This document shows positions 1 through 12,400 of a stretch of 64,000 nucleotides of DNA, piece by piece. The DNA lies in assembly GCF_000150275.1 (NCBI RefSeq), contig NW_002060978.1, forward strand, positions 310,001-374,000, written 5' to 3'. The stretch's first letter is position 1. Each line of letters opens with the position of its first letter. This DNA is from Trichoplax adhaerens. Its lineage: Eukaryota; Animalia; Placozoa. The translations under genes were made by a program, and so were the position numbers. The notes beneath the pieces are model-generated. The model did no database searches. It saw only the letters and a list, made by a program, of their open reading frames with translations, and was not told the origin of the DNA.

Positions 1-3000
1 GTAACCACTAACAGCCCTTTAGACAAAGGTGAACCCAAAATTGATTGAGAATTCAGTCAATTTGTAGTAAGTTTACATCACAGTTAATAGAATTATGTAT
101 TTCTGGATGTTACACCAGGTTGAAGCATATTAGCTATTAGTGGGTTTCCGCTTAATGATATCAGCAAATTAAATTCAGATAAATAGGCAATTTGAAAATG
201 TTCTATAATAAGTTACTTTTGATAAATCAAAGCTAAATATATTTCATATGCCCAGTCTGTAATACGCGAATAAATCTAAATAATGATTTCAAATGATCAC
301 TTTAAATATCTTTTCTTTAAATAGACTATGGTAAACTATGGTGTGATTAACGGACACTTGAATTTGAATTTATCTGCGTTTCTTATGTGTTTTATTATAT
401 CGCATTAAATTTATTAAATAATCGATTTATAATTGGGTGAAGAAGGAATTTGAAATACTGGAAGGGCGACTATAAATCTTAGAAAATGAATTATAGCCAG
501 ATAGATATGAGTAAAGTAAACTTTAACTAAAAATATGTATGTGTTTGATTTAATTTAGCCGTTTCAAATGAAGAAACCTCCAAAGCATTGTAAGCGTATT
601 TTATCACCGCGTTAAATGGCATACAGTCGTGTAGTTTCTAGGACTCCTATCGAAGGAGCTGGTCATGTAGTAATTATTATACTGTAGCTACCTGACTTAG
701 ACTATTCTGTAGTAATTTGAGTCGTTAAGTAAAATATTGAGATATTTAAGAAAAGATGCTACAAAATTAATGGCAATTCATTATTTAAGGACTCATTTTC
801 AAGAGTAAATCAGTTTTTTGGCTAGATTTTATGTTCTTTTAATTTTTGAATCGTTATTAAGAGCTGCCTAGCTTTTGAGGTAAAATAAGGCGATCTAGAC
901 AAATTTCTACTTTTCTTTCAATATAATAAAGTGTTTTATAGGACTTTACACTTTGAAATTGCAGTGTATTACTAATTGTGTCTTATGTATTAAGTGTTAA
1001 CTGCTTAATTTTGGTATGATTAATCTTTTTCGACTTCCATGGAAGACAAAAAATATCATGTAAGTATGATTTTGTCTTATAACAGATATCTACGGTACTT
1101 GGTCCTTTCTCTAAAGTTGAAAAGTAAAATAATGGTCAAGGTACTGTTTAACTTGTAGTTTATGCAATCTTAGGAATAAGTGATACAACGTAAAAAATTG
1201 TTTTTTTTGGATAACTATAGTAAAACATTTTAGGAAAGATTGCTAAAGTAAGGATTGGTAGTGACAGGCTAAAGATTTTTAAGTCCGCGGTAAATTGAGC
1301 TTTTTAAATGCACTTTTAGTGTTTATCTATTTCATTATTTAGTAGCCAATAAGCCGGATGGATCAAATGGAGTGAGCTGGTAGAAAATGAAGATGAACCT
1401 TTAGGATGAATTTTTGGAAACTAATTCTCAATCGAAATTGATCACGGCAGTTGCTATTTCACACCGATTATATCACTTATTTATATTAAGTGCTGGAATT
1501 TTCTTCAGGGATGATAAGATTGAAATGCTTATGTTGTCTCTTCACCATCAACCTACTACCTACCCTATTGGTAAACTATGTACATCATCCGTAATGTGAA
1601 CAGATTCTGAAGTTTTTTACCATAATTATGCACGTATTCTCGAACTGAAGAGGGCAATAGTAGCTCTTTATTTGTACAATAACTAACTACAATCGTAAAG
1701 ACAGAATAATGTCAACAACTTCAGAATAGTTCATCTTAAGAAAAGAACCTTTATGGCCTCTTTCTCATTAGTAACGTTTGCACTACTAAATCGATGTTGA
1801 TGTCATATTCTGTAATATTACGATTGAATATTATACAGCGTGCTTTTAAGTCAAATTAGCGCTTTCCAAGTTGATGATATTTAGCCATTTTTCTTAGCTA
1901 TAGCGTACCAAAATTATTGTATAATAGGCTAACACGTTTCCCACAAACCTAATTGAAAGAACGTCATAAATCAATTTTATTTGAATTTACTAGCTGCATT
2001 CGATATCAAAAATATCCATCTATCCTATAAATTATAAAATTTTAGCTTCTATTAGTAGTATTACAGTGTAGTAAATATTATTTACTCACATTGTTCAACG
2101 TTAAAATCTATGAATAGGATAAGAGTGCACATTTTATTATATGTTCATACTATTATTACCTGTAGCTCCCGGAGAAACAAATATTAAGATACTTTCCAAC
2201 AAAAGACTTAAGTAAATATCAAACTATTGCTAAGGAACAAATTATTTTACTCGCTGCCGAATAGTATTATGGATTATCAGTAATACTACTAGCAATTAAA
2301 TAAGTATCAGGCTTGTAGAGGAAACTACTCAAAGGTTAAGGGTAACATGACAGTATTAATCAGTTTCCTGATCTATCTGTGATTTATGGATAGTAATAGT
2401 ATTCATGGCCATGTATCGATACTTATTAAATTAGAACAAAGTTTGTTAACGCCTTTTATTTCCCATAGACAGTTTTTCTAACAAAATGATCAGGAATAAA
2501 TATTCGTTATCACGATGACTGCAACAATTAAAAGTTAATTCTTTCAAGAGATGTATTTAATACTATTGCTACTTTCGTATTTCTTATTGCAGCATTGTTA
2601 TTTTACGACCTAACTCTTACTTGCTCATAACATGGAAACTAATTAAGGGTTTTTGATTTCCATTCGTTGAAATTTATTTTCTATTTATCGAAAAATATTA
2701 ATTATTTATTCACCATGATAGCTAAAAGCCCTCAGGTTGAATAGTAAACCACTAATAATCTTGATTGAAATTGTAAATAATCTTGATGATCTATGGTAAT
2801 TGCATAAGAATAACATCATGTATACGTAAAAATTAACATGCATCGACCGAAACCGGCAAATCTTAATTATTGTGTGACCTTCCGGGTCCTTACTTATGTA
2901 ATAATATATTATTGAACTACCGTTACTCATCACATTAAATGATTGGATTTACTTCGGTTTTTAATTTGCTTTGCTCAAGTTAGAAAAACTGGTAGGTTGT

Positions 3001-3480
3001 TAATCAAGAATAAGATGTAAAAGTATGTGTCGACTGCTATTAGAATATTGTCGACATCAACTGGTTATCACAAGTACTTAAGGTATTTGTAAACGATTAG
3101 TAAAAGAGTGTCAGTTTATCCGTATTACCAACATTTGAACACGATTTTAAAAATTTTGTATAAAGATCAAGTTGTATCACCGGTGTTTAGTAGCAGTGTA
3201 AAAATGGCCGTAAAGTACAGTAGTTTCATAAAATTTACCTAAAATGCAGTCAATCTTTCGAAAAAATCGTATATAATACGGAAGGACATCAATTTTAGTC
3301 TAGCTTTAATCTTAATAATTTAATTTATATTAAATATATTTGGCACAAGTTAGTTCATAGTATTCAATTAAAATTTGGTTTGTTTTCTGTTTAGAGACAC
3401 TATTTGCATAGTTTGATTTTACTTCTTGATCTGCTTTAGACATTTGGTAGAAGCTTGTTTTATCTATAACTCTTTATATA

Positions 3481-3780
3481 TTCTAGATATGATGTTGTTG
3501 CAACATTGCAGTACTGTAGAAATTATATTTGCCTATGTTAAGATAGCTTTGATAGCTTCGCTTTAATCTGAAACTTGCAGATATATTTTAGATGTGATAA
3601 TGTCGCAGCATTGCATACTTGCCAAACATAGATTTGCCTACGTTAAGATAATATTTTGATACGTTCGATTTCATCTATAAATTCTAACTTATTCTAGATG
3701 TGATGTTGTTGTAGTATTGCATCAATGTAGAAAATAAATTAGCCTATATTAAGACAACTTCATTTTATCTAGACAACTTC
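3481..3780. repeat. Degenerate tandem repeat, three units of about 105 bp
   Basis: Units start at 3481, 3586 and 3692 (tt(c/t)tagat(a/g)tgat...attgca...ttgccta(t/c)gttaaga). The end coordinate is approximate. Confidence 0.8.
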
Positions 3781-4283
3781 TAATGTAGAAGTATTAAATA
3801 TCAAGATTATCTTAAGTTATTGGCTTGGATTAAAATTGAATTTGATAATTACTTATGGTAGCTAAAGTTATCTCATTTATAGTTCTATCTACAGTGATTG
3901 TACCGTAACTACCTTATAGAACTTTGTTTATTACTATGGAAATCTTTTGTAACGCCATTTAAAAATATGACTATTCATATCAGCTCTTGAATATTTATAT
4001 CCGCAGATAATTTTATGTTTAGTTTGATTTTATTCGAAGAATGTTGATGTTAGTTAAAACACAAGCAGTGACCTTTATAGAAGAGTTCAGTAAATAAGTA
4101 CATATTATCACATAGCGTAGTAATCTCTTAAATTAGTCGTTAGCTAAAAATACGAGGCGTCAAAGTTTTTGTATTGTCCACTAGTTGCAAGCATAGGAAA
4201 TAATTGGGATTTTATATGTGGCTCAAGCGTCCGATATAGAAATAGTAAATGATATTGTCCTGTTGCGAAGCTGTTTTATTAAA
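3700..4283 (+). mobile_element. Old degraded solo-LTR-like element related to family C
   Basis: Colinear matches to the reverse complement of 52463-53093: ttacttatggtag, aaaatacgaggcgt...agtttttgt, tgttgc(g/a)aagctgtttt. Termini are decayed, no TSD was found, and the start is approximate. Confidence 0.6.
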
Positions 4284-4699
4284 AGTTTATCGTAAATTCG
4301 ATTTAAGTTTAGGCAGTGCTACTATTCTTGGTTCCAAATGAGAAAGTAAACATTTTATATGGCAGCATATACTATGATCAAATCATAATTTCCGTGTTTG
4401 ATTTTCAGACTTAATCATTACCATTGTCCAATTAGCACTTTTAGTGATACTGCCGGATTCTAGTGCATTATAATTATGTATAAATTTTACGTAACTTTAT
4501 AAACCTTAACCTAGCCAAATTTCCATCTGAAAGCAGAAACTGCTTGAGTACCATATAATTCAATATTAGGAATATAGAAAAATAGATTGATAGTAGTTAA
4601 TATGGCTCAATAATACTTATAGCAGCTAGTTTTAATTCTTTAAAATTCAATATTCCAATTAATATTAAAGTTCATGCCGTGCTGTTTCTCATTAGTTAC

Positions 4700-5345
4700 G
4701 ATCATAGTCTTAAGCAATGCTAGTGTAAATTATAATCCTGCACCGAATTATATCGATACAGCAAGATACATTATGCAGTTATTGACAAAGCTTTCATAAA
4801 TACATAAAATAAACTACATTATTTTTAAAAAGTGGCATATAAATGTAAAATATAATATCTCTAAACATTATGATGCCACTTAATTAACAGCATCACTGTA
4901 TCTTGCTGCTAGCAATTTAATGGCCGTAACAATTTTTCGATCCTGACCGAAAGTAATTTATATAGTAATACTAATTGTAATCTCGCAGTATGTTATGTCA
5001 ACAAACTTAGATGCAGCACATAGTTCTTAAGCAACGCTCGTGTAAAAATTTAATTCAAAGAAATTTAAAATGTAAAATATGAAATATAAATGTAAAATAT
5101 AATATCGCAATGATATTGATGCAGTAGAATACAGTACCGTATCTTGATACGAGCAATTTTAGTAGCTTTAGTAGCTTTGTGATCCAGATAGAAAGCTATT
5201 TCTATAATAATGTCATTGTAATTTTGCAATACGTTTTGTCGATGCCATAACATGTAGTATTGTATCTTGATTTTAAAATTTTTGTGGCTGTAGTAATTTT
5301 ACTTTCCTGAGAAAAATGCAATTTCTTTAATAATACTAATCAAAA
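4700..5345. repeat. Degenerate local duplications upstream of GPCR1
   Basis: tcttaagcaa(t/c)gct(a/c)gtgtaaa at about 4707 and 5025; atataaatgtaaaatataatatc at about 4837 and 5084; gtatcttg...aatt...gatcc(t/a)ga...taata blocks at about 4898, 5139 and 5262. Confidence 0.65.
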
Positions 5346-5450
5346 CTATTGACTTGGATTTACGTTATAATCTTGAACTTGCTATTAAATATGTTTTTTT
5401 CCTTTTCGTCTCGGTAGTTTCGAGTTTGAAACTTCAGCTCCGACGCAGCC

Positions 5451-6443
5451 ATGGATAATCTCAGTAATTTTAGCCAAGCGTTGTATATTGAAGATTTCTA
5501 TTTTGTGGTAATTTGGGATTTAAGCGTTGGCTACTTAGGGTTCTGCCTAAATTTAATCCTAATATTTCTAATATTTAAAAGTAGATCATTTAATAAAGCT
5601 TATGACATTCTCTTAGCGAATCAGGGATTATCCGATTTAGCATGCTCGGCTGTAATTTTTACTTCATCTGTTTATTCTCTAATTCTGCATTCATCATCAA
5701 TGACTGAAATGCATAAACAACCCGTTTGTACAATTGCTTATTTTATTATGGTTACTACATTTGCAGCTTCGGTTATCATATTTACAGCAATTGCTGTTGA
5801 TCGCTATCTCAGTCATATTCGAAATCGTCGTCGTGATCGGCCTGTTCGTTCTTCAAAGGTTGCTATAGGCATTACCGCTATGTGGATCACTTCTGCTTGT
5901 GTAGCTTATCCAGTAATTTATTTTATTGAAGTTCATGGCCCATCTATATACAGCTGCACCGTAACTCAGGATATCATGATGGCACATTTTAACAGAATCT
6001 TCTTTACAGTTTTATTTTGTATCTTCTATCTCCTTCCATCCGTTATTATTGTTGGATGCTATTTACTGATATGTATATCCATGTACAATCAATTGCGAAA
6101 GTGGCAAGAAACCAATATGAAGAGAAATTGGCGCAATTATGAGAGGGGAAAATCTGTTATCTGGTTTTCTCTCATGATAACTGCAGCATTCTTGTTACTA
6201 AGTACGCCGTTTGTTGCCATTTTAATGAATTCAGCTTATAGTAGTCATTATCTACTAGATCCTTTACCTAAAATTAGCCTAAGTCGGCGATTTATCGTTG
6301 AAATATGCATAATTATTTACAAGAGTCGATGTGTGGTTATATCGTTATTACACCTTAGATTTCGCAAAAGTTTACGACGCGAAACAGCCGAGCAATGTAT
6401 GTGCCTTTATAAGGTGCACAGAAATGAAGCTGATGTAAATTGA
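5451..6443 (+). CDS. Class A (rhodopsin-like) orphan GPCR, single coding exon (GPCR1); degenerate NPxxY, Lys at 7.43
   Basis: 330 aa with seven hydrophobic segments: TM1 GxxxN (GFCLN), TM2 NQGLSDL, TM3 Cys and AVDRY, TM4 Trp, ECL2 Cys, TM5 LLP..CY, TM6 STPF. TM7 reads ISLLH in place of NPxxY. Kozak context gccATGg. Confidence 0.93.
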   Translation: MDNLSNFSQALYIEDFYFVVIWDLSVGYLGFCLNLILIFLIFKSRSFNKAYDILLANQGLSDLACSAVIFTSSVYSLILHSSSMTEMHKQPVCTIAYFIMVTTFAASVIIFTAIAVDRYLSHIRNRRRDRPVRSSKVAIGITAMWITSACVAYPVIYFIEVHGPSIYSCTVTQDIMMAHFNRIFFTVLFCIFYLLPSVIIVGCYLLICISMYNQLRKWQETNMKRNWRNYERGKSVIWFSLMITAAFLLLSTPFVAILMNSAYSSHYLLDPLPKISLSRRFIVEICIIIYKSRCVVISLLHLRFRKSLRRETAEQCMCLYKVHRNEADVN

Positions 6444-9400
6444 ACCCAGGAATAATTTAACTTTTGGAAGCTTATATGGTGTTCTTACGTACTGCCTTTT
6501 ACTATAAAATTTTAAAAAGTTTATGCTTGACTAAATGATATTTGCTACGTAAAGATTGCTTGGCTTTATACCGAACACTTCTGTAGTTATACAACTTTAT
6601 TTTCCTTCTGAAATGATAGATTTGACATAGATTTTTTTAGCTACTAATATTAATGTAGATTAAATTATTATAGCTGAATTTCGAGCTCACTGAAATGTTT
6701 ATGTTATAAACCAAAATTTTTGACTTTGCTTAGATGATAGAGTAATTTTAAGTATGTTAGTAAAATTAAGATCAATGTCTTGCATTTTCGTATTGGTAAC
6801 GATTTATAGAGGTCAATTTCGTAGAGTATAACGATAGTATTGTAGAATTGAGATGACCTTATTTTTATTGATTAGTTCTATTGTACGTGCAAAATTTATA
6901 CCTCAATCAATGTCGTAAATTGGGCGAAAATGATAGCATACACCGGCTATAACACTGTAGTAACCGATTTAATATTTTATTATTATACTATTTCCTTTAT
7001 TAAATTGATAAATGTACGCTAACGTTAGTTAATAAAAGTTAAGTTATAAATTTTCCTCTTCTGGTCATTAAATTCAGTATCGATAGCGGTATTACCGCTC
7101 ATCCGATTAAATATCTTTCTGAACAAAAGGGATCAATAACTTCTCAATATAGCGTGCATTCTTAGTTTTTCGTTATTATAGCTAGCATAAAAAGTTCGTA
7201 ACAAACTACAACCTACCAACGTATGTATTAATGATTAAGTTGCAGTTTATAATTTTCTCATTAAATAATGAAATAGTAGTAATTATTATTTTATTTAACG
7301 GCAAAATTGTACAATTTTACAGTAATTTTTAAATAATTAATAAATAACTTCTAAGTATGGATTTACTATCGCAATCTCTCTTAATTGTTTCTAACATTAA
7401 AGTTCTAGACGAGCTACGACTTACGCGAAAAGAAGTTGCTGTGTATCTATCTCTTATTAAATAATAAAATGAGTTCAATTATTTATTTTAGTTACAGGAT
7501 TGCAAAATTTTACTATTAGTTCTATGTGAAAGTGAGTGAAATATCTGCGAGATTCAGAGTTGGTGTTTATTTTCTTTTAAATTAGTTGCTTAGTAAAATC
7601 GTTCAGATCGCGTTATAATGTAGGTATTTCCTTAATTTTTTCTGGCACCAATGTCGAACTGCAAGTATAAAGATGGATTTGAATATAATCGAATCGCTCT
7701 TCTTTGGTTAAGTAAAAAGATATTTTACCCAAAATCGATTACATATAAATACAAACGTTGCTATTAGGTGTTACAAGAACTGCCTTAAGTTATAGCCATT
7801 TCGGCTGATTAGCTTGCGTATTTCAAGATCTTAAATTGAAAAATTCTGTAAGTTCAGTTATTTCAAAATAAAGTATGAAAAATGATTTTTTTGATGATTT
7901 CCAGGCTTTTAGAGTAAAGTGGCAGTCGCAATATGATAGTTTTAATATTAGGAAATTTTTATTTGCCAGTATTGTGGTTTTGATCCATGCTGTATACTGC
8001 AGTTAGGAAGTCCTACGTGAATAAGTATCTAGAGATTGATGTGGCCATAGAACGATTGAGAGGTACTATTACTATTTTGTCACAATTATAATATACAAGC
8101 AATGCATACTTTAATATTTTCCATTATAGTTAACGTAGGGCCGCTTTTAACCGTGCTTACTTTACTAAAATTTCGAAATTAGAGCCCTGGGTGGTAAAAT
8201 GTTGTTAATTCAGGCTACTATTGCATATAAAAAGATTTAAGAAAGATCGGTAGATATCTTGTTAAGAGAAAGAACATTATAGCAATCGTCTCTTATTAAA
8301 GTTTAGACATTGATTCCAATGCTTACTTTGTCTTTTATATCGATAGGTTACAGTTAACGTTTTTGCGATTGTAGCACGTAGAATTTAGTTTCGGGCCATT
8401 ACAACAATTTATTCATTATGACGGAACGCTACTGCACATTTAATTCTTTAAAAAATATTTTTGTCTGTTATAGAACACCTATAACAAACTATTTCTGCTA
8501 TAGACGGTAAGTTGACATGCATTCGTGAGTTATTGAAATTCTTCTTTGTATTTGATGAACTCCACTCTTGAGAGATTATAATTACTGAACCAATAATTTC
8601 GAAAATAGAGCTTATTGAATAGGGCTTGCTTTAATGACTTCAGGTGTTCGTTTTGACATCTGTATTTGTCTACTATTAATATCTTAATTATAGGGATCTT
8701 TATCCGTACAGTACTAGATTGTATCAGTAATAAGTTTATGTAGAAAGTTTAGTGGTGTTTCTTAGGAAGTATAATTAACTTATATAACATGTAAATTTGC
8801 CTTTCTGGAACAATTACTTATTTGAAATTGGTTTAATTTTTCAGTCTTGCCTAAGGCAGCCTTTCGTCTCTTGAAAAGTACTGGCCTAATGATACTGTCA
8901 TTACAAATGGCTTTGTTTTGCTTAGAAAATTGAATCTGAAAATCTTATTCGCTTATATCGAAAGCATGTTTTGATTTTTTCCCCAGCAATAGTGTTATCC
9001 TGTATTAATGTTGCTAACTTGTACGAAAAATCTAAGTAAAGGTTTAGTAATAAATTAAATGTAAATAAAAGTACAATTTGAATTTATTAGCTCACGAATA
9101 TACATTCATCGAATTTACACGTGATGGAAATACATTTTTATGACATGTAACAATTATGTATTGGTAAAAGATGAATGCAAAATGCTCGTCTAAATAAAAT
9201 AAACAAACTGTTGAAAAATATTATTTTAATAGTTGTATGATGGATATTGGCTATTCTAATTTGCTGTCAATTTTATGTCCATAAATAATTTTCTGCCATC
9301 TTGTTTATGTCGAATTCCCCGAGTACCTTAATTATTCGTAGAGGCGGATTACTATAAATATTTGTTTGTCAGTGAGATGGATAAAATTTTATAGCTTTCT

Positions 9401-12400
9401 TGGCAGATGCTATAACCTAGTATTTTATCGTGCATTTTCATGTAGTCTTCTTTTTAGCATTTTTAATTAATATTACCGACCTATTCAAGTATGGTATAAC
9501 ATTATAACATTTGCTATTAATCGGAATTTCCCTTCAATAAATAAATTTCAAGTTTAATTCACGTAATAAACACCACTTCACCGTAAGATCTCTCAGTCAT
9601 TTCGTGTTAGTTATATTAAGTTCAAGCTATGAATTAAAATGATGCGCATTACATTTGAGAGGATTTTAATAAAATCAGAGGCAAGTCTTATTTATATTAT
9701 TCTACGGGTTGAGTTATATTAGGCAGTGAGCTGTATTAATAGTATAGCAAATATTAAATGTCTAATATAGTATGTACACATTTGCTTCAAGTGTACATAT
9801 TTACTCTAAGTGTATCTAGTAATGATATGATAATACTTAAAGATTCTTTCTCCGGTTGAATGAACAGAATTATATCCTGGATACCTTAATTAAGAAGAGG
9901 GAGCGTGATAACTCTACGCAGAATGCTATTCATTTTATTGCTTTAATTTATTCAAATTTTCTGTCTGAAGAAGAGGTATAGATTTAATTTGTGACTAAAA
10001 TCATTTGTTTATGTTTATAGATTTAATATATATCTTGTCCGGAAACACCATAGTTGCTATATAACTTGAAGATCTATTACAACGCAAATGAATATCATGG
10101 ATTTTGTTCCTTACAAAATACTAAGAAGATCCTAAAACCATGAACCACTGTTAAAGATGTAAATGGAATGCAATTATATAGCGGCACTTACAGTTTTAAA
10201 TGAGTGAGTTATACTCTTTAATTTCAATTTTATCGTCATTACTAACTAAATTAAAATATAAATACAATAGCTCTATGTTCAAGGCGTAACCCAGTTTCTA
10301 TGGCAATAATAAGAACTGTCGCCCTTAAATGCTGAAAGGATGGACCCCGGCATTTCAAATAAGACTTAGAGGTTGATCAATTTAAAACTTATTTATTTAT
10401 ATCGTTGTAGGGTGCCGTCATGTTCATTTCAACCAATGCGAAGCCCAGCATTAGCTGTTAGGATTAACATCTGTACGGATTAATTTGAAGGTCGAAATTT
10501 ATCAAGGCAGCATTAAACAAAGAAACGCTTCAAAAAAAAAGATTTAGACTCTTGTTTAAATTTTTACTATCCAGCAGGAGTAAAATAGTTTTCTTTATTC
10601 TCCGTAACTTTTGTTTCCTTTTATACTTTGCTCTCATTCTTACGTTTCTTTAGATTATGGAAATTACTTCCTGGTTCTAAAAGTCTGAAAACTATTATAG
10701 CCTCGGTAAGCTAATATGATTACTAGCTAGGTTCGGGATGACTGTAATGATCTGGCTATCATTTAGTCTGAGATCATGCCTTTGCCCATCAAAGAAGCGG
10801 ATTAATATAGAGGATATAATTATGTTAGCCTTAATTAGGTTGGATTAACTACCGTAATTGTACGAAATTAAGACGTTGAGATGGTGTTATTATTTGTATT
10901 GCAATAATCTAGTTTAATCCAGGAATATAATCTATAATTTTAAACAGATGGTATATAAATTATACATATACATGTGAAAGTTTAATGCTTCATTGATAAC
11001 GATAGTGCCCTATTTTAAATTATCCTCCAATCTCAGTCTTTATTTACTTATCCGTTTAGTATCTTAACAAGCAGGATAGCAACCATTCTATTCTATTTAT
11101 TTAAGAAAATGATTGGAGTTCATCTGACAGTTGTCTTTGATTACTAGCCTTTTTCATGAGTATCCTAAAAGGAATTAAATTCACTCTATCGTCGATTTTT
11201 CCTTTTGGTGTCATTTGCTATTACTTATATTAACACGGCGCTATACAGAATACTGAGGATAGTATCAATTTTAAATTTTAAACCTTAAATTGGTGCTGGT
11301 AGCTGGATTGCCAATGATACTTTTACTTTTTTTTATATATTCGAACTTTAATCCATTAAATACGATTATCGTCTTGCATAATTCTACATTTGGTACGTTG
11401 CATAATAGATTAGAATAATAATGTTATTCGATTCAAGTAAATCATACCAGTTGAACGTCGTCATAAAAGACATTTCGTTTTAATTCTATGGAAAGCTACT
11501 GATTCAAGATACATATACTGACCTATATTGCAAGGATTTCATAACAAATTATCGCAACTTAAACACTGAACTTAATGCAAAATTAATAATTTTTAGCTAA
11601 AATTGCTACATTAGCAACTATTCTAACGTAATTATATACCTGACTAATGTATATAGCCCCACACTGATTTGAATGAAAGCATGACGACTAAAATTTGATG
11701 TACAGAAAATAAAACTGAACACGAATAATTCAACCTGTCATGCTTGAAAGACCTTCCGTATTAGCTTTCAACACCTGCTAAGATCCAATCTGAGATCAAT
11801 AGAAGCGTGAAAAGTAGGCCTGGCGATCAATAGCTTACCGATGTCTACATCATCTATAGATTGTGTTGTCACTAGCCGATGTTTACAAGATAATTGTTGT
11901 GACTTTATAGCATATTACTTTCCATAGTCCTGATAGACAACCTAGGATTTATTTGCTAGATTCTTGTTCAAAGTTTCAGAGTAAAAGATTAAGAACCGTG
12001 CGATAGTATTGTTTAAGTTACGATGTCGCTGTTCTTATTTGTGTAGTCAACAGTGTCGTAACCTGTAGTCTATCAATTTCTTCTTGAAGACAATTCGTTG
12101 TTGCTGATAGACAATGGTCACATTGATTTCATAACAGATTGATCGATTGTCATTCTTTGAATATGACAAGTAAATTGTTACAGTTATTGTCCAATCTTTA
12201 CCAATTATTTATTACGTAGAATAGAGCTCTAGTTCATATAGGTAAGTTAGATGCATTGGCCATTTATTATCGTTACGGATTACTTTCATGGTAGCCATCG
12301 AGATTAGATCCTGTGCACTGAATTACTTTGACAAACTTTGCGGCTTAAAGAGAAGACATTAGACTTGAGTTTAATTAAAACTTCCCAGTTTGAGGTAAAG

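Noticed and set aside
3481-3780. CRISPR-like repeat-spacer array
   Set aside because: Eukaryotic context, the units are degenerate along their whole length, and there are no unique spacers or cas genes.
11843-11900. Possible further LTR end (tgtcac...tttacaagataa) and a 13-mer shared with family E (gtctacatcatct)
   Set aside because: No second terminus, TSD or extended homology could be found by eye.
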